Source: Eledone cirrhosa (taxonomy: Eukaryota). Taken from it: a DNA stretch of 64,000 nucleotides. Below the pieces are notes generated by a model. The model was not told the origin of the DNA. It worked only from the letters and a program-made list of their open reading frames with translations, and searched no databases. Each line of letters opens with the position of its first letter. Within the stretch, counting starts at the first letter, position 1. Shown here in pieces: positions 29,425 through 41,882 of this stretch. The stretch spans positions 178,870,001-178,934,000 of the forward strand of contig OZ024743.1 of assembly GCA_964016885.1 (NCBI GenBank), given 5' to 3'. Position numbers and translations under genes: made by a program.

Positions 29425-30150
29425 GCTATATCTACTACACGTACTCTCTTCCAATCCCCCTCTCTATATCAATTAACACCAAACTCTCCCCTTCTCTATA
29501 TCTACTGCACGGAATTCTCTTCCTATCCTTCTCTCTCTATCTATTTACACCAAACTCTCTCCCTCTCTATAGCTACTAACGGAACTCCCTTCCAATCCTC
29601 TCTCCGTATATCAATTTATACCAAAATCTCCTCCACCCTATATCTACTTCACGGTACTCTCTTCCAATCTCCCTCTCTACATTAATTAACATCTAACTCT
29701 CCTCCCCTGTATATCTACTACATGGAACTCTCTTCTAATATCCCTCTCTATATCAATAAACATCATTCTCGCCCCCTTTCTATATTTAATATACAACCCA
29801 CTCTCCCAACCCCACTCACCATATCGATTTCCAATAAACTCTCCGCCTCTCAATATCTAACAATACCTCTCTCTACAAATCTTTTAACTCTCTACATCAA
29901 CGATACAACATGCACTCTCAATGTCCCTTTCTATATCAATTAATGCCAAAGTCTACCCCTCTCTATATCTACTACACGGAACTCTCTTCCATTTCCCCTC
30001 AGTACTCTCTTCCAATGCCCCTCTCTGTATCAATTACCATCAATCTCTCCCCCTCTCTATATCTAATATACAACACATTCTCCCAACCTTCCTCTTTATA
30101 TCAATTACCACCAAACTCTGCTCCTCTCTATACCTATATCTATCTCTCCC
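29425..30150. repeat. Degenerate ~70-bp pyrimidine-rich minisatellite
   Basis: TATCTACTACACGGAACTCTCTTCCAATC recurs at ~29429, 29499, 29570, 29641, 29712, 29965. Confidence 0.75.
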
Positions 30151-30282
30151 ATCTAGTTCTATATAACAAGTACATAAATTGTAGCTCATATACAAACAGA
30201 TGTGTCTTTTGGTAGTTTTTTGGAGAAAAATATAATTATCGGGGTTGGGAGAGTACATGACGCACCAGTTCCACTGCCCCTA

Positions 30283-31652
30283 TCTATGTATTTAAAACAG
30301 AGAATGTCTGTCTGTCTGTCTGACTCCTTGAAACTCGAGAACCCTCCAACCGATTGTTTTCAAACTTTACACATGTAATACTTATGGTCCTGTGAGTATT
30401 TTGAGCAAACAAAATTTCAAATTTTCAATGCCCTAGGGACTGCATTAGGCGATTTAGCGATCTCTCTCTATAATTCTTAGTCTTTCTTTTTAGATAGATA
30501 CATAGATATAACGTTGCGCCCTTATAATATCTGCCTGTATGTCTGGTTGTCTGCATTACGACATTATGACGCTGTGTGTGTGTGTATATGTGTATATAGT
30601 ATGTGTATATATATATATATATATATTAGAAAGTGAGGTTTTTTTTTTTTTTACAAAATGAAAAATAACCGAGGTGTCCTACACGAGTGAAAGTATAAAG
30701 AAAAAAGATGAAATCGAAAATGCAACTGTACTCTTATTTTAAAAAAAATATATATATTTATTTGGTTCCTTTACCGGTTTCGCATTTCTTCTGCTTTTCA
30801 AAAGTAGAGTTGAGATGGAGGGTCTGTCGTTTTTCTCACATCCGGTTGGTCTCTGAATGTTACTTGTTTTATATGGAAAAAAGTGGCTCGAAATGCCAGG
30901 TTTTTAGAGAAGTAATTTGATTGGTTGGTCAATAATTATAATAAATTTCGCGCCAGTTCGCGTTACAAAGTTCTTCAAACAAAGGGGGGGGGGGGCCACA
31001 GGTTGTTTTTTCTTATATGAGTGTTTGAATTTCTTTTTACTTAAAAAAAGGGGGGCTCACAAAGGCTTGTTTTTAATAAACGTAATTTGATTGGTTATAA
31101 ATGAAATTATGGCTGTGACGTGAACAAGTTTTCATTAAATTTTCGCGCCCTTATTTGGAAATCTATTCTGTAGCCTTTTTAGAGAATTTTATGACAAGCA
31201 AAAGATAATGGTCAAGAGTAATTGGATGGAAGAATTGTTCTGGTTCAGTGAATATGGTTGGTTCGCTGGCAGCCATAATTTCATTTAGTTCGTGACAGCT
31301 ATAATTTCATTAAATAACCAATCAAATTACGTTTATTTAAAAAAGCCTTCGTGAGCCCCTTTTTTTAAGTAAAAAGAAGAACTTTGTAACGCGAACTGGC
31401 GCGAAATTTATTATAATTATTGACCAACCAATCAAATTACTTCTCTAAAAACCTGGCATTTCGAGCCACTTTTTTCCATATAAAACAAGTAACATTCAGA
31501 GACCAACCGGATGTGAGAAAAACCACAGACCCTCCATCTCAACTCTACTTTTGAAATGCAGAAGAGCTGCGAAACCGGTAAAGGAACCAAATAAATATAT
31601 ATATTTTTTTTAAAATAAGACTCCAGTTGCATTTTCGATTTCATCTTTTTAT

Positions 31653-31694
<42 letters not shown>

Positions 31695-31816
31695 TGTAAC
31701 GTTTTTCGAAATATTTACTTCTGCTTTCACAGATTGATTTTTTTACTTTCAGAAGAACCCGTTAAGTGTGAAAGCAGCGATTCTTGCTTAAGCTTTAATC
31801 TGCTATTTTAATATAT
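30283..31816 (+). mobile_element. Helitron 5' portion (same family as 13059), interrupted by a fold-back
   Basis: TCTATGTATTTAAAACAGAGAATGTCTGTC... collinear with 13059-13540. Confidence 0.72.
30627..31657. mobile_element. Asymmetric fold-back element, same family as 15452-15809
   Basis: ~30695-31120 is inverted relative to ~31295-31657; tail 30627-30695; hammerhead motifs at ~30767-30803 (-) and ~31547-31585 (+). Confidence 0.85.
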
Positions 31817-31817
31817 A

Positions 31818-32108
31818 CTAGCAGAATGGCCCAGCATTGCTCAGGATTCTAAAGATAGATTGGCATGTTTATCCTCCTTCCTGAAACAGTTTCGTCGTAT
31901 GTTCACCAATTGATGCAGAAGTCCTAATAAAAGGTGAAGTCGCCTTCGGTGAATAGGCAAATAATTTTCCAATAAGATTTTTCAAAAGCATTTAATTGCG
32001 TTCCTTCCCTTTTTAGATAATGTGTTTGCTGGTGTCGAGCCTCGTGAAATAAATACGTTTGTTTATATTTTGTTATTGTGTATGCAAAAATATCTGTACT
32101 CGAATATA

Positions 32109-32178
<70 letters not shown>

Positions 32179-32255
32179 TAACAGATTAAAGTTTAAGCGA
32201 AGAATCGCTGCTTTCACCCTTAACGGGATATTCTGAGACTAAAAAAAATCAATAT
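31818..32255 (-). mobile_element. Helitron 3' portion in opposite orientation
   Basis: Minus strand ends CCTGAGCAATGCTGGGCCATTCTGCTAG|T, a hairpin plus CTAG terminus. Confidence 0.72.
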
Positions 32256-32714
32256 CTTTTGCATTTGCATTCTTTATTCTATATCCATACCTGCATTGTT
32301 TTGGCTTTATTACACATATACAAACGTTTATATATATATATATATATATATCAATAATATTAATAAATGGGAACTATCTTTATAAACCATATTTATTTGA
32401 ACATATATATTTCAAGGGTACGCTCCCATCAGATAAAATACAAAAGTTGTTTTACAGAGAGTGACATATTGAAACTAGAACTTAATGTTTTGAGTTCCAT
32501 TTGAAGTAAATAACTCATTGCTTATATATATATATATATTAATAAAAGGAATTCCAACTTTGTCTGATTTACTCGTTTTATTTACAATCCTTTAAAATTT
32601 ATAATAGTATTATAATGAAATAGTATGGTAGAATATTAAACGTTAAGTTTTCATTGAACAAGTACTTTCATGCTTTCGCAATCTTCAGGTTCATATTCTA
32701 TGGTGACAGTCAAG

Positions 32715-32736
32715 TATGTATATATATATGTATATA

Positions 32737-32772
<36 letters not shown>

Positions 32773-32833
32773 GTATGTATAAATATATGTATATATGTGT
32801 ATGTATATATATGTATGTATATATATATATATG

Positions 32834-32871
<38 letters not shown>

Positions 32872-32969
32872 TGTATGTATATATATATATATGTATACAT
32901 ATATATGTGTATGTATATATATATGTATACATATATATATTTATGTATATATATGTATGTATATATATG

Positions 32970-33000
<31 letters not shown>

Positions 33001-33049
33001 ATATATATGTATGTATATATGTATGTATATATGTATGTATATATATATG

Positions 33050-33080
<31 letters not shown>

Positions 33081-33123
33081 ATATATATGTATGTATATAT
33101 GTATGTATATATGTATGTATATA

Positions 33124-33162
<39 letters not shown>

Positions 33163-33439
33163 ATATATATATATATATATGTATGTATATATATATATAT
33201 ATGTATGTATATATATATATATGTATGTATATATATATATATGTATGTATATATATATATATACGTATGTATATATATATATATATGTATGTATATATAT
33301 ATATATACGTATGTATATATATATATATACGTATGTATATATATATATATACGTATGTATATATATATATATATACGTATGTATATATATATATACGTAT
33401 GTATATATATATATATACGTATGTATATATATATATATG

Positions 33440-33515
<76 letters not shown>

Positions 33516-33518
33516 TAT
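32715..33518. repeat. (TA)n/(TATG) compound microsatellite
   Basis: Seen directly; the ~300-aa YI ORFs are artefacts. Confidence 0.97.
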
Positions 33519-33849
33519 GATAAATTGAAACAAAATGAAAACGAAATTTCATTTCTCACTCTTAGTATGGCACTTACTTAAATGTAAGTATGCATGTATA
33601 CGTAGATACATATATGTATACAGACGTACAGTAGCATGCACACATATATATATATATACATATATACATACATATGCATACAGGTACACATACATATATG
33701 CACGTATCAGTTTAGCGGCGCTTATTATAACGTCGCTTTGTTCGTATGTAAACAAACTGAACAGCCTGAATTTATGCCATACGGTGTTAAGGCAACCACG
33801 TCACCTTTTTGTTCATATACATGTATACTTACACATATATATATGTATG

Positions 33850-33941
<92 letters not shown>

Positions 33942-33949
33942 TATGTATG

Positions 33950-34041
<92 letters not shown>

Positions 34042-34042
<1 letters not shown>

Positions 34043-34128
34043 TGGTTTTGTCGCCAACGACCCGACCATGCGACAGGTTGTACTGGGTTACATGTTACCA
34101 GTAGCACTCAAGAGTGACCCGACATAGA
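34042..34128 (-). mobile_element. 5' fragment of RTE-derived family 2
   Basis: Reverse complement of 36409-36496. Confidence 0.75.
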
Positions 34129-34228
34129 CATACGTGTATGTATATATATATATATGTAAATATATACATATACATACATATATATATATATATATATACA
34201 TATATATAGCGGCGATGAATTAGTTTGT

Positions 34229-35821
34229 GGTGGAGTTCTGCGACGTCGACACAGACGAACTGGGCCTCCTACTTAGACTTACCTACGACACTGACTACCT
34301 AGACAGCCATGACCTTAGATGTTTCTGCCTTAGTAGACCTATAAGAGGTAGACCCCCCACCATAACCTCAATGGCAAAATGACTCCCTTAGGAAGGTGGA
34401 TTGGGTGGACCAAAGCTATACGCACTCCCCAAAACACTGATCAGGTAAGAAAAATGGTCGCACATGCAATAGGGGCTAGTATCAAAACTACCCTAAAGGG
34501 CCACATATTTAAGTTCAATGAGAAAATCTACACCCAAAATGAGGGAGCAGCCATCGGCGTCAGCATAGCTGGTGATGTTGCCAACCTTTTCATGGTATGG
34601 TGGGAAAGGAGACTTAAAGATCTCCTTAATGAAAGCTCCATAGACCTCATCATGTACTCTCGTTATGTAGACGATATCAATATAGTTATAAGAACACCCC
34701 CACTAGAGAGCACTAACAAGATTGATTTAGAACGTAGCACGATGGAAAGCATCCAGCAGATAGCTAATTCCATACACCAGAGTATAACTGTAACTATCGA
34801 CTTCACTTCCAAACACCCTAACAATATACTACCTGTATTAGACACAGAACTCTGGATTAACACTATAGACGAGAGAGCCCAAATTCTCCACTCACACTAT
34901 GCTAAACCCATGGCCTCCAAATACCTGATACTCAAAAACTCAGCAATGTCCAGTAGTGCTAAGTTTAATATTCTGATCGCAGATTTGGTACGAGTGATGA
35001 AGAATGTGTCCAGCATGTGCGACCCAACAGAAATGGAAAGACACATCCAACACTTCATCAACCGCATGCAGTTCTCTGGCTACAACCAAAGAGACAGAGT
35101 CAGAGTATACGAAGGAGCCATGGAAAAGTATAAGACCCTCCTAGAACTGGACATGAAAGGAATTTGCCCACTATACAGGAGCAAATCATAGAATAGCTTA
35201 GATAGGGCTAGACATAAGATAGGGAAGGCCACATCATGGTACGACAACCAGAGATATCAGAGTGTCATGTTTGTGGACGCCACCCCTGGAGGGAAATTAG
35301 CTAACCAGTGTAGAAAGGCCCTGAGAAAGACCCACTTAAAAATAAAGGTGGTAGAAAAGCCAGGAACCACCATAAAATCCCTGATCAGCAAAACCTACCC
35401 TTTTAAGAAAACCCACTGTACCAATAGGAAATGTATCATATGTAAGGTGAACCCCCGGATAAACTGTAAAACTAGAAACGTAGTCTATAGCATAAGATGT
35501 ACAGAGGGTACTTGCAGAAACATGACAACAACATACATAGGTGAGACAGCTCGTAGCATAGGTGAAAGGATAGACCAACACTGGGGGGAACTAAAAGGAC
35601 GAAAAAACGGGTCAGTACTATACGAACATGCTAGACAACAACATGACGGTAACATAGACAACATAGAAATTAGAATAATATCTAAACATAGGAATGACCC
35701 AGCGGATAGGCAAATCAGAGAGGCGAGTGAAATAGAAATTAGAAGACCAAAGCTAAACAGAAAGAATGAGTGGAACAACAACAACACCCAAACAAACAAC
35801 ACTGACCTAAGAGAAGTATAA
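34229..35821 (+). pseudogene. PLE RT-endonuclease ORF (frameshift near 34370, in-frame TAG at 35189-35191)
   Basis: ORFs 34379-35191 and 35267-35821 are in the same frame, separated by one stop codon. Confidence 0.88.
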
Positions 35822-36086
35822 ATAAGTAAATAAATAAAATAAAATAAAATAAGATAAATAAATACATACACAAGCACAATAACAACAAGCACATAAACAC
35901 ACACTAGTCACCCAGCAGACACAACACTATACACACTAGTCACACAGCACACACGCTAGCGCATGCGCAAAGAAGACAAAATAAAATAAAATAAACAAAC
36001 AAGCAAATAAATAAATAAATATATAGACAGACTGAATAAAAAAAATGGCGTAGACATACAACACAACAGGAGGAAAAAATATAACA

Positions 36087-36125
36087 CCACTGACGATGTT
36101 GTAGATGTGCAACGAAAGATTTATG
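36087..36125 (+). ncRNA. Hammerhead-like motif in PLE 3' UTR (degenerate)
   Basis: CCA-CTGACGA-tGTTGtA gatg TGCAAC-GAAA-GATT-TA-TG; copies at ~2266 and ~37768. Confidence 0.5.
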
Positions 36126-36331
36126 TAAATTATGTAAACTTTATATATGTGTTTGTGTCTATATTGTATCTGTATTATTTTTGACCGTCGGTCAGTCAAT
36201 GGCAACATTGAGGACCGAGTAAGTTAGATCGCAGATATAAAAGACAGCGAGAAGCGAAAACCAACCAAACAGTGAGTGTGTTCTGTTATTAATTCTGGCA
36301 ATATTACGCAAATATGACCCTCCCCAAGTAT

Positions 36332-36396
<65 letters not shown>

Positions 36397-36408
36397 CATA
36401 CACGTATG

Positions 36409-36934
36409 TCTATGTCGGGTCATTCTTGAGTGCTACTGGTAACATGTAACCCAGTACAACCTGTCGCATGGAAGGGTCGTTGGCGACAAAACCAGTAACA
36501 AACCAAGTTTACTTGGTGAGGAGACTGATTTTGGACACCCTGCAGGTCAAGAAATAAAACCTGTCAAATGGCGGAAGAACTCATAAGAGTCAATGGCCAT
36601 CCGAAAGTGTGTAAATAGACATGTACCGCGCGGTTAAACCACTGGGAGTGAAGGACCTCCTAGTCTTTGTAAGGGCATTTTGCTAGTAGAAGGGAACTCA
36701 GGGAACTGCGATAACTCCGATATAAAACCTACGGCTCAGTAGTTATCGATGATGTTGTTCTTTTCTTCTTTTCGAGTTGTAGCTACTGTCGATCAGAGAG
36801 TGGGATTGGCTCAGTGCACAGTCTTTCCTCACTTTAACAAATATCTTCAGGCACAAGCATTGCACGATAGAATTAATTAATAATTATTAATAATGGTATA
36901 TCGTGCAAGGCCCATACTCGATAACGAGGGGGCA

Positions 36935-36939
<5 letters not shown>
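36409..36939 (+). mobile_element. RTE-derived non-autonomous element, family 2
   Basis: 5' similar to family 1; 3' stem-loop CTCGATAACGAGGGGGCAGCCATC. Confidence 0.68.
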
Positions 36940-36968
<29 letters not shown>

Positions 36969-37289
36969 GACACACATAAACAAGATGGCGTAGGACAGAA
37001 CAAAGGAGAGGCACAAAACAAAGAAGAGAATCCCCAGTCACTGAAGAGGTCACATAATGTGTGCCGAAAGAACTTTGACAATATATGAACAAACGTCCAG
37101 TTATGGAACCAACCAACCAACCGGAAATTTATAATTTCTTAAATTTATAGATTTAATATATAATAAATTGGAGTGAAAAGAACTGGTGCCTGTGTTTCTT
37201 ATTGGCAACATGACCCTCCCAAAGCATAACAATATCGGTTTCAACACACGTTTTCAGATAAAGAATCTTGCTAAACAAATTCAGAAACG

Positions 37290-37292
<3 letters not shown>
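36969..37292 (+). mobile_element. pLTR fragment of a sister PLE family
   Basis: Shares AAGATGGCGTAG and ATGACCCTCCC.AAG.ATAACAATAT motifs with the 34209 element; flanked by (TA)n. Confidence 0.65.
37037..37079 (+). ncRNA. Minimal type I hammerhead ribozyme
   Basis: GTCA-CTGAAGA-GGTCACA taa TGTGTGCC-GAAA-GAAC-TT-TGAC. Confidence 0.65.
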
Positions 37293-37361
<69 letters not shown>

Positions 37362-37456
37362 ATATATATATACATATATATGTATATATATATATATATA
37401 TTTTGATTATGAGAATATTTTTCATCTGTTAGTATTTTGAAAAATATATATATATA

Positions 37457-38060
37457 GTTATACTTGGGGAGGGTCATATTTGTGTAATATTGCCAGAATT
37501 AATAACAGAACACACTCACTGTTTGGTTGGTTTTTACTTTTCGCTTCTGTGTCCTTTATATCGGTAATCTAATTTATTCGGGCCTCAATGTTGCCATTGA
37601 ATGACCAACGGTCAAAAATACATATACAATATAGACACAAACACATATATATAGTTTATCAAAGTTCTTTCGTTGCACATCTGTTTTCTCCTGTTGCATT
37701 GTATTTTCTACGCCATCTTTTGAAAAGATGGCGTAGAAAATACAATGTAACGGGAGAAAACAATAGCACCACAGACGATGTTGCAGATGTGCAACGAAAG
37801 AACTTTGATAAACTATATATATATGTGTTTGTGTCTATATTGTTTGACCGTTGGTCACTCAATGGCAACATTGAAGACCGACTAAATTAGATTACCGATA
37901 TAAAGGACACAGAAGCGAAAAGGGAAAACCAACCAAACAGTGAGTGTGTTCTGTTATTAATTCTGGCAATATTACACAAATATGACCCTCCCCAAGTATA
38001 ACAATATTTGTTTCGACACGATTTCGTATCAAAACCCTCGCAAAACTAATTCATCGCCGT
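37457..38060. mobile_element. Fold-back of the PLE 3' UTR with tail
   Basis: 37457-37720 is inverted relative to 37721-38001; tail ends AATTCATCGCCG. Confidence 0.85.
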
Positions 38061-38072
38061 TATATCCAGCAT

Positions 38073-38205
38073 AGTTACGTCCCTTTACGATCTGAGTTCA
38101 AATCCCGCCGAGGTTGACTTTGCCTTTCATCCTTGCGGGGTCGATAAAATAAAGTACCAGTAATGTACTGGATAATTGCTGGCCTTGTGCCAAAGGTAGA
38201 AACAG

Positions 38206-38206
<1 letters not shown>
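38073..38206 (+). mobile_element. Meta-domain SINE, 5'-truncated
   Basis: GAGTTCAAATCC, TTGCCTTTCATCCTTGCGGGGTCGATAAAATAAAGTACCAG. Confidence 0.82.
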
Positions 38207-38264
<58 letters not shown>

Positions 38265-38467
38265 TACATATATTCATACATATATATATATATATTCATA
38301 CATACATTCATACTCCTATTTTCAAATACTGTATTTCGTTACTCTATGGCCTAATAGCTAAATACACACCTAACCGTCTCGATATCACACCAGCCAACTT
38401 GTGATATTTGATATTTTGATTAAGTTTATTTGGTTTATATTTTCAAAAAGCTACAACAATGATTAAC

Positions 38468-38519
<52 letters not shown>

Positions 38520-38523
<4 letters not shown>

Positions 38524-38620
38524 TAAAATTAGTCCTTCATCAGTGATCTTCCACTGATGAAGGACTAATTTTATTCATATGTAACCCATGTGCAACCACG
38601 CAGCACTCCATTTTTCTTAT
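38520..38620. mobile_element. Miniature fold-back with tail
   Basis: GAATAAAATTAGTCCTTCATCAGTG / CACTGATGAAGGACTAATTTTATTC inverted pair plus ~40-bp tail, between TA runs. Confidence 0.7.
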
Positions 38621-38879
38621 ATATACATCAGAATACTGAACTGTGTACATGATCGGTGTTATCTGGACCTGGGTTCAAATGGGGATAACTACAGTTAGTA
38701 AGGAATCCAATCTATTAGTAGAATGTAAATATCATTTTTAATATTGAAATGGCTTCTACTAGAACTGTTTCATTCAAAAGAAATCCTCGATACTACTAGT
38801 CTTGTAAAAGCTATTTCTAATAAGTGTGTGTGTGAGTGTGTGAGTGTGTGTGTCAGAGAGAGAGAGGGAGAGTAAGAGA

Positions 38880-38945
<66 letters not shown>

Positions 38946-39335
38946 GAGACAGAGAGTGTGTGTGAATATGTATATGCGTGAATATTTGTGAATCGATGTG
39001 ATCAATAAATTTGGCTATAGATGATTTGACATAGTATCATATGCTTTTTTGTTTTACTGAAAAAATCTGTTTTTATAAACTTAACCCGGAAATTAGTGTC
39101 TAAACTAAGTTCATGTAAAACTTCAAATCACCTATTGACGTTCGAAATATTATTAAATAAACTTTTCACTAAAAGCCATAAATGGATTACAAAAATTCGG
39201 TGTTAGTTCAGCATTAATGATAATCATTATCGATTGATTTTCAATTTTCTAAAATTAGTATCTTTTTATCATATCCCATGTTACTATCTTAAACAGAACA
39301 GTCTGAATATATAACTGTTGTTGTTACTACTACTA

Positions 39336-39367
<32 letters not shown>

Positions 39368-39482
39368 ACTGCTACTACTACTGCTACTGCTACTACTACT
39401 ACTGCTGCTGTGGCTGTTGATACTACTATTATTACTAATACTACTGCTATTAGTGTGTCCACTATTATTATTTCCAAAAATA

Positions 39483-39690
39483 GGGCGGTGGACTAGCAGT
39501 ATCTGTAGATGGTCGGACGCCATGCTTTGCAAGAGTTATGGCCCTTTATGGTCTGAGTTCAAATCCCGCCGAAGTTTTCATCCTTACGGGGTCGATAAAA
39601 TAAAGTACCAGTCACGCATTGGGGTCGATCTAATCGACTTACCCCTCCCCCAAAGATGCTGGCCTTGTGCCTATATAAGAAAGCATTATT
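39483..39690 (+). mobile_element. Meta-domain tRNA-SINE
   Basis: Box B GAGTTCAAATCC, Meta core, GCTGGCCTTGTGCC tail. Confidence 0.82.
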
Positions 39691-40522
39691 TCCAAAAATT
39701 GTTGGCATGGTAGTTCATTTAGAAGGGAGGTGTGGGACAAGTCTTCCTCTGCCTGATAGCTATGGCAAACAAATATGTATGGTAGTCTCGTCTAAAAGGA
39801 ATGAGGATAGGAGTAATCTTCTCCGGTCAAGGCATGATCAATTTCTTCAAGTTTAACTTGAGGAGAAAGGGGAGAGGAGTCGGTTTTCGTTGCTGAATTC
39901 TTGTGTGTTTTATGAAAGATGGGTGAGAGCGACGTGTTTGAAAAGGCTGAGCGGGCCTAGATTGATTTTTTTAGCAAAGATACCGGGGGAGGGCACTTTC
40001 AATGCCCGTCTGGTAAGACAATAATCTGGGGTTTTGTGTGAGGTTTCTCCCTGGAATTATCGTACTCTGCAGTCCCTCCCTATTTTTATTGTTATATATG
40101 TTTATTACAATATCTGTTTTTCTTATTCGGACTGTTTCCTCTTCAGCGATGTCACTTAAGCTCTACTTGATCTAAATCATTCTCTGGGTTGTTTCTTACC
40201 TGCGTTTAAATTGTTTCAAATTGGTCGGGTCCTTTGAGGCCATAAAATAAACCATTAATATTGCAGTATCGGTAGAGCATCGGCGAACAGAATTTGCGGC
40301 ATACAGTTACGTCGATTTATCTTCTTATTTCAGTTCCCACCGAGGTTAGCTTTGCCTTTCATCCTTATGTGGTTGATAAAATAAGATATCAGTAATTCAC
40401 TGATCTTTGGGTTTTTTATGCAATTTAAGAAATCTATTTCGTTTTGGTCTTCGAACATTTATCGAGTGTTATATCAGCACATTTGCTAATTTGTTAGGCT
40501 GTTATCTGATTGCATAATTCAT

Positions 40523-40788
40523 ATTGAGAGAGCACAGCTCCGATACTATGGGCATGTGGTTAGAATATCTCAGGAAAGAATCACTAGAGAGATTTTAGGG
40601 GCAAAATCAACCGGCAGGTAACCCAGGATTAGACCCGGAGTTAGATAACAGCCATCGCTAGTCTTGCTTGGGGATCCAGCCGGATCAGTTGTAAACAGTT
40701 TTTTTCTGACAGGACCCACTGGAAGGAGAGTGTTTGATGACTCAGAAATAAGTGGGCGAAGAAGAAGAAGAAGAAGAAGAAAAAGAAA
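40523..40788 (+). pseudogene. RTE-clade LINE 3' relic
   Basis: Translates IERAQLRYYGHVVRISQERITREILGAKSTGR*PRIRP, the RTE C-terminal signature; ends in (GAA)n. Confidence 0.7.
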
Positions 40789-41882
40789 TTTGAAAGTATC
40801 TTTCTAATAATGTTGCATACGTTATTCAATCTCTGATGTGTGAATAATCTCCTATTCATGATTAAGCATGCAGTATATATATTTAATAAAGTAAGAACGA
40901 TGACTAGATGAGTTAGCAGTGGAATGCTGGGATAACAGGTCAATGATGTTTACAATGGTTCCATATAACATCTGGTTTAACATTGCATGTCATCTCGGTG
41001 GGCTTAAGAAATATAAGTAATACGGGAGTCAACATGTCTTAGTCCCTTGAAACAATATTGGAACCCATATTTGGCAAAGCAGGAAAAATCTCTGAAAGGG
41101 ATCATTAGAATTGCTATAAATAGCCAAATGTTCGTCGTATCATCATAAACAGGAAATGTCACATACAATGACGTGACTGGGAAAATATAACTTGATTACG
41201 TCAGTAATAAATTTGAACATACATTGAATCAGAGCTGCCCCAGGGCTAAAGAACAACAACAACAACCAGATTTATCTGTTAGAAATTGATACTTTGACCT
41301 ACCAAATTACCATGATAGTATACGGTAGTCCTAGAAACACAATTTGATAAGGTAGTTGGGATATTTAAGTTTGGACAGCTATTAATCTTAGAATTGAATG
41401 ATTAGAATGTTACTGAATCTAAGCAACGACAACTACAAAAAAACAAAACAAAAAAACACTCTACTTGCAACTAATATTTGAAAATGGCTGACATAAAGCA
41501 ATGTGAATATCATATATTTACACTTCTATCAAATAATGTAGAGACAAGTGAAAAATCACATTCAGCTCTACCGATTCTTTTTATGGAATTCGTTTTTTAA
41601 CATATTTGCTACACTAGTCTGATTCTTTGAGAAACGTAGAGATAAATTTGTTCTGCCTAATTCAAGCTCTTAAGTATTAGAATACAATCGTTTGGTGTTT
41701 CATGTAATGCGGAATTTAGGACAACCGACATTTAAGATCGACAGCAATGCACGTTTCAACGTTTAGCTTAATTTTTACATTCAGAACAATATTTATCTTC
41801 TTGTATTGAAAATATTACGAACACTTAGGATGCAAACGCTAGCATGCATGCATTCATGTATGTATGTATGTATGTATGTATG

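Larger units (their letters stand above)
34209..36336 (+). mobile_element. 5'-truncated Penelope-like retroelement (Neptune-type), RT + GIY-YIG
   Basis: RT motifs GAAIG..AGDVANLFM, RYVDDI, LPVLD; Cys-rich linker HCTNRKCIIC..C; GIY-YIG motif VVYSIRC...YIGETARSIGER; 3' UTR with hammerhead-like motif; inserted in (TA)n. Confidence 0.92.

Noticed and set aside
40900-41800. Very old minus-strand RT relic
   Set aside because: Only scattered motif-like fragments (DSV, YDD); too degenerate to support without a profile search
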